Assembly: GCA_022605425.2 (NCBI GenBank)
Contig: CM061251.1
Coordinates: 496,001 to 560,000 of the forward strand
From: Hamiltosporidium tvaerminnensis FI-OER-3-3
Lineage: Eukaryota; Fungi; Microsporidia
Reading direction: 5' to 3'
Length of the DNA: 64,000 nucleotides
Of the stretch, positions 62,736 through 64,000 are shown one piece after another. Under the pieces are notes generated by a model. It ran no database searches. It was not told the DNA's origin and saw only the letters and a list, made by a program, of their open reading frames with translations. Numbering within the stretch: position 1 is the stretch's first letter; every line of letters starts with the position of its first letter. The position numbers were made by a program, and so were the translations under genes.

Positions 62736-64000
62736 TCAAATGGAAAGCGCCATGATCGATTCTTCATATAAGTAATTAAATAAGTATTTAGTTGGTGTTT
62801 GATTATCAGTATTTATTATCGAAAGAAAATAAACCGGTAATGTAACTAGATGTTTTTTTATTGTATAAATATTCAGTCCAGATAGTTTTAAATACAATTT
62901 CTCAAGGTTTTTGAAATTTATAAAGTATTTAAGATCTTCTATATCTATATCGACGAGCCATAAATCTAATTTTTTTAAAGTATTAAAAAATTTACAGTCT
63001 TTGCCTAAGTCTGAAAATTTACAGTCATAAAATATACAATTGGAAAGATTAAACTCCTCTAAAACCTCAAGATTTTTTAATCTGTTTAAATCGTAGGAAT
63101 TCAAAATGCCGGATTCATAAGAAATTATTTTTAATCGCAAGTTGCACTTTGAGCTTAACCTTGCTAGATAGCCTGGCGATGCCATACATTCGGATAGATT
63201 TAAACTTTCTAGGCAACATAGGTTTCCTAATATATCAATTTCATCAAAAATTTCTAGATTAGTATTATTTAAATCCAAAGTAACGATTTTTTTCGACATA
63301 AAATTAAGATGTTGTAGAGGTATCATAAGTGTTTTATGCAGGACACAAAAATCAAGAGTTAAGTCAATTAAATTTTCTAATTTAAATATTTCGATTAAAC
63401 CAAAAGAAGATACTTCTATGTAGGTTAAAACCAATTTTCTTAGTGATTTATAATTATTTATAAAATATAAAAACGGAGTTTCTGGATTGAAGAAAATATT
63501 TTTTAAGTGTAGAACCTTAATTTCAGACTTTTGAAATAAATAATTATAAAACACTCTACCAATAAATATTTTTTGTAAAACAAGATGGTCCAGCATTTTC
63601 ATATTTTTAATCGCTTCTAATAGAAAAGGATCGTTTTTTGAGTCATTTTTATAAGTATAAATTTTAAGTGTTCGCAATGATCGGAAATATAATAGGTAAG
63701 GAAAGAAATCAACTGATATTCCAGAAAAAGAAAAATTAATTTCAAAATATAAGACATCTTTGTCTGAAACGATCTTAACAAATTCTTTCATAAAATTTTT
63801 TTGTTGAAGTAACGTACAAAAATAAAGTATAATTTTACGAACATTTGCTACCTGTAAAAAATAATTCCACCAAGTATCTTTGAGTATAACATTTTTAAAT
63901 TCAATATATTCTAATTTTTTGCTGCAATCTGTATAATCTTGAATAAAATCGATATCTTCTATTTGTATAAGGTTACGCAATACTAATCCTTTGAGCCTTT
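62736..64000 (-). CDS. LRR-like protein, paralog of 3906-6266 (5' end outside window)
   Basis: Shared segments LKGLVL, QKNFMKEF, GYLAxLSSxCNLxLK..SY.SGIL..DLxRxKxxEVL; frame open to the window edge. Confidence 0.85.
   Translation of the reverse strand, partial: RLKGLVLRNLIQIEDIDFIQDYTDCSKKLEYIEFKNVILKDTWWNYFLQVANVRKIILYFCTLLQQKNFMKEFVKIVSDKDVLYFEINFSFSGISVDFFPYLLYFRSLRTLKIYTYKNDSKNDPFLLEAIKNMKMLDHLVLQKIFIGRVFYNYLFQKSEIKVLHLKNIFFNPETPFLYFINNYKSLRKLVLTYIEVSSFGLIEIFKLENLIDLTLDFCVLHKTLMIPLQHLNFMSKKIVTLDLNNTNLEIFDEIDILGNLCCLESLNLSECMASPGYLARLSSKCNLRLKIISYESGILNSYDLNRLKNLEVLEEFNLSNCIFYDCKFSDLGKDCKFFNTLKKLDLWLVDIDIEDLKYFINFKNLEKLYLKLSGLNIYTIKKHLVTLPVYFLSIINTDNQTPTKYLFNYLYEESIMALSI

Overview
Very AT-rich, gene-sparse eukaryotic DNA with the hallmarks of a large-genome microsporidian (Hamiltosporidium-like, an inference): CCC/GGG motifs just upstream of ATGs, 25-27 nt GT-AG introns, highly divergent housekeeping proteins, and expanded signal-peptide LRR-like genes. 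Intact genes: two LRR-like paralogs (one truncated by the window edge), a CDK10/11-like kinase, RPL29, an MscS channel, intron-containing RPS27 (missed by the ORF track), FPP synthase, a possible Elp5 remnant, a divergent CCT8, intron-containing PGS1, a membrane-anchored hypothetical, a Rad21/Rec8 kleisin, a RecQ/Sgs1 helicase, tRNA-Ser(CGA) and tRNA-Lys(CTT). Intergenic DNA is full of decayed material: an LRR-family pseudogene, a PABP pseudogene, Tc1/mariner and R4/Dong-like retrotransposon relics, and minisatellites. The most notable items are (i) a ~700-bp non-coding repeat family (5 full copies, plus 3 copies of a second subfamily sharing only the ~110-nt head) with long-range helices, compensatory base changes and a possible pseudoknot, mostly sitting just upstream of genes, and (ii) a ~225-bp bipartite RTE-derived SINE-like retroposon, one copy with a 14-bp target-site duplication. 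All calls come from reading the sequence by eye; no searches were run.
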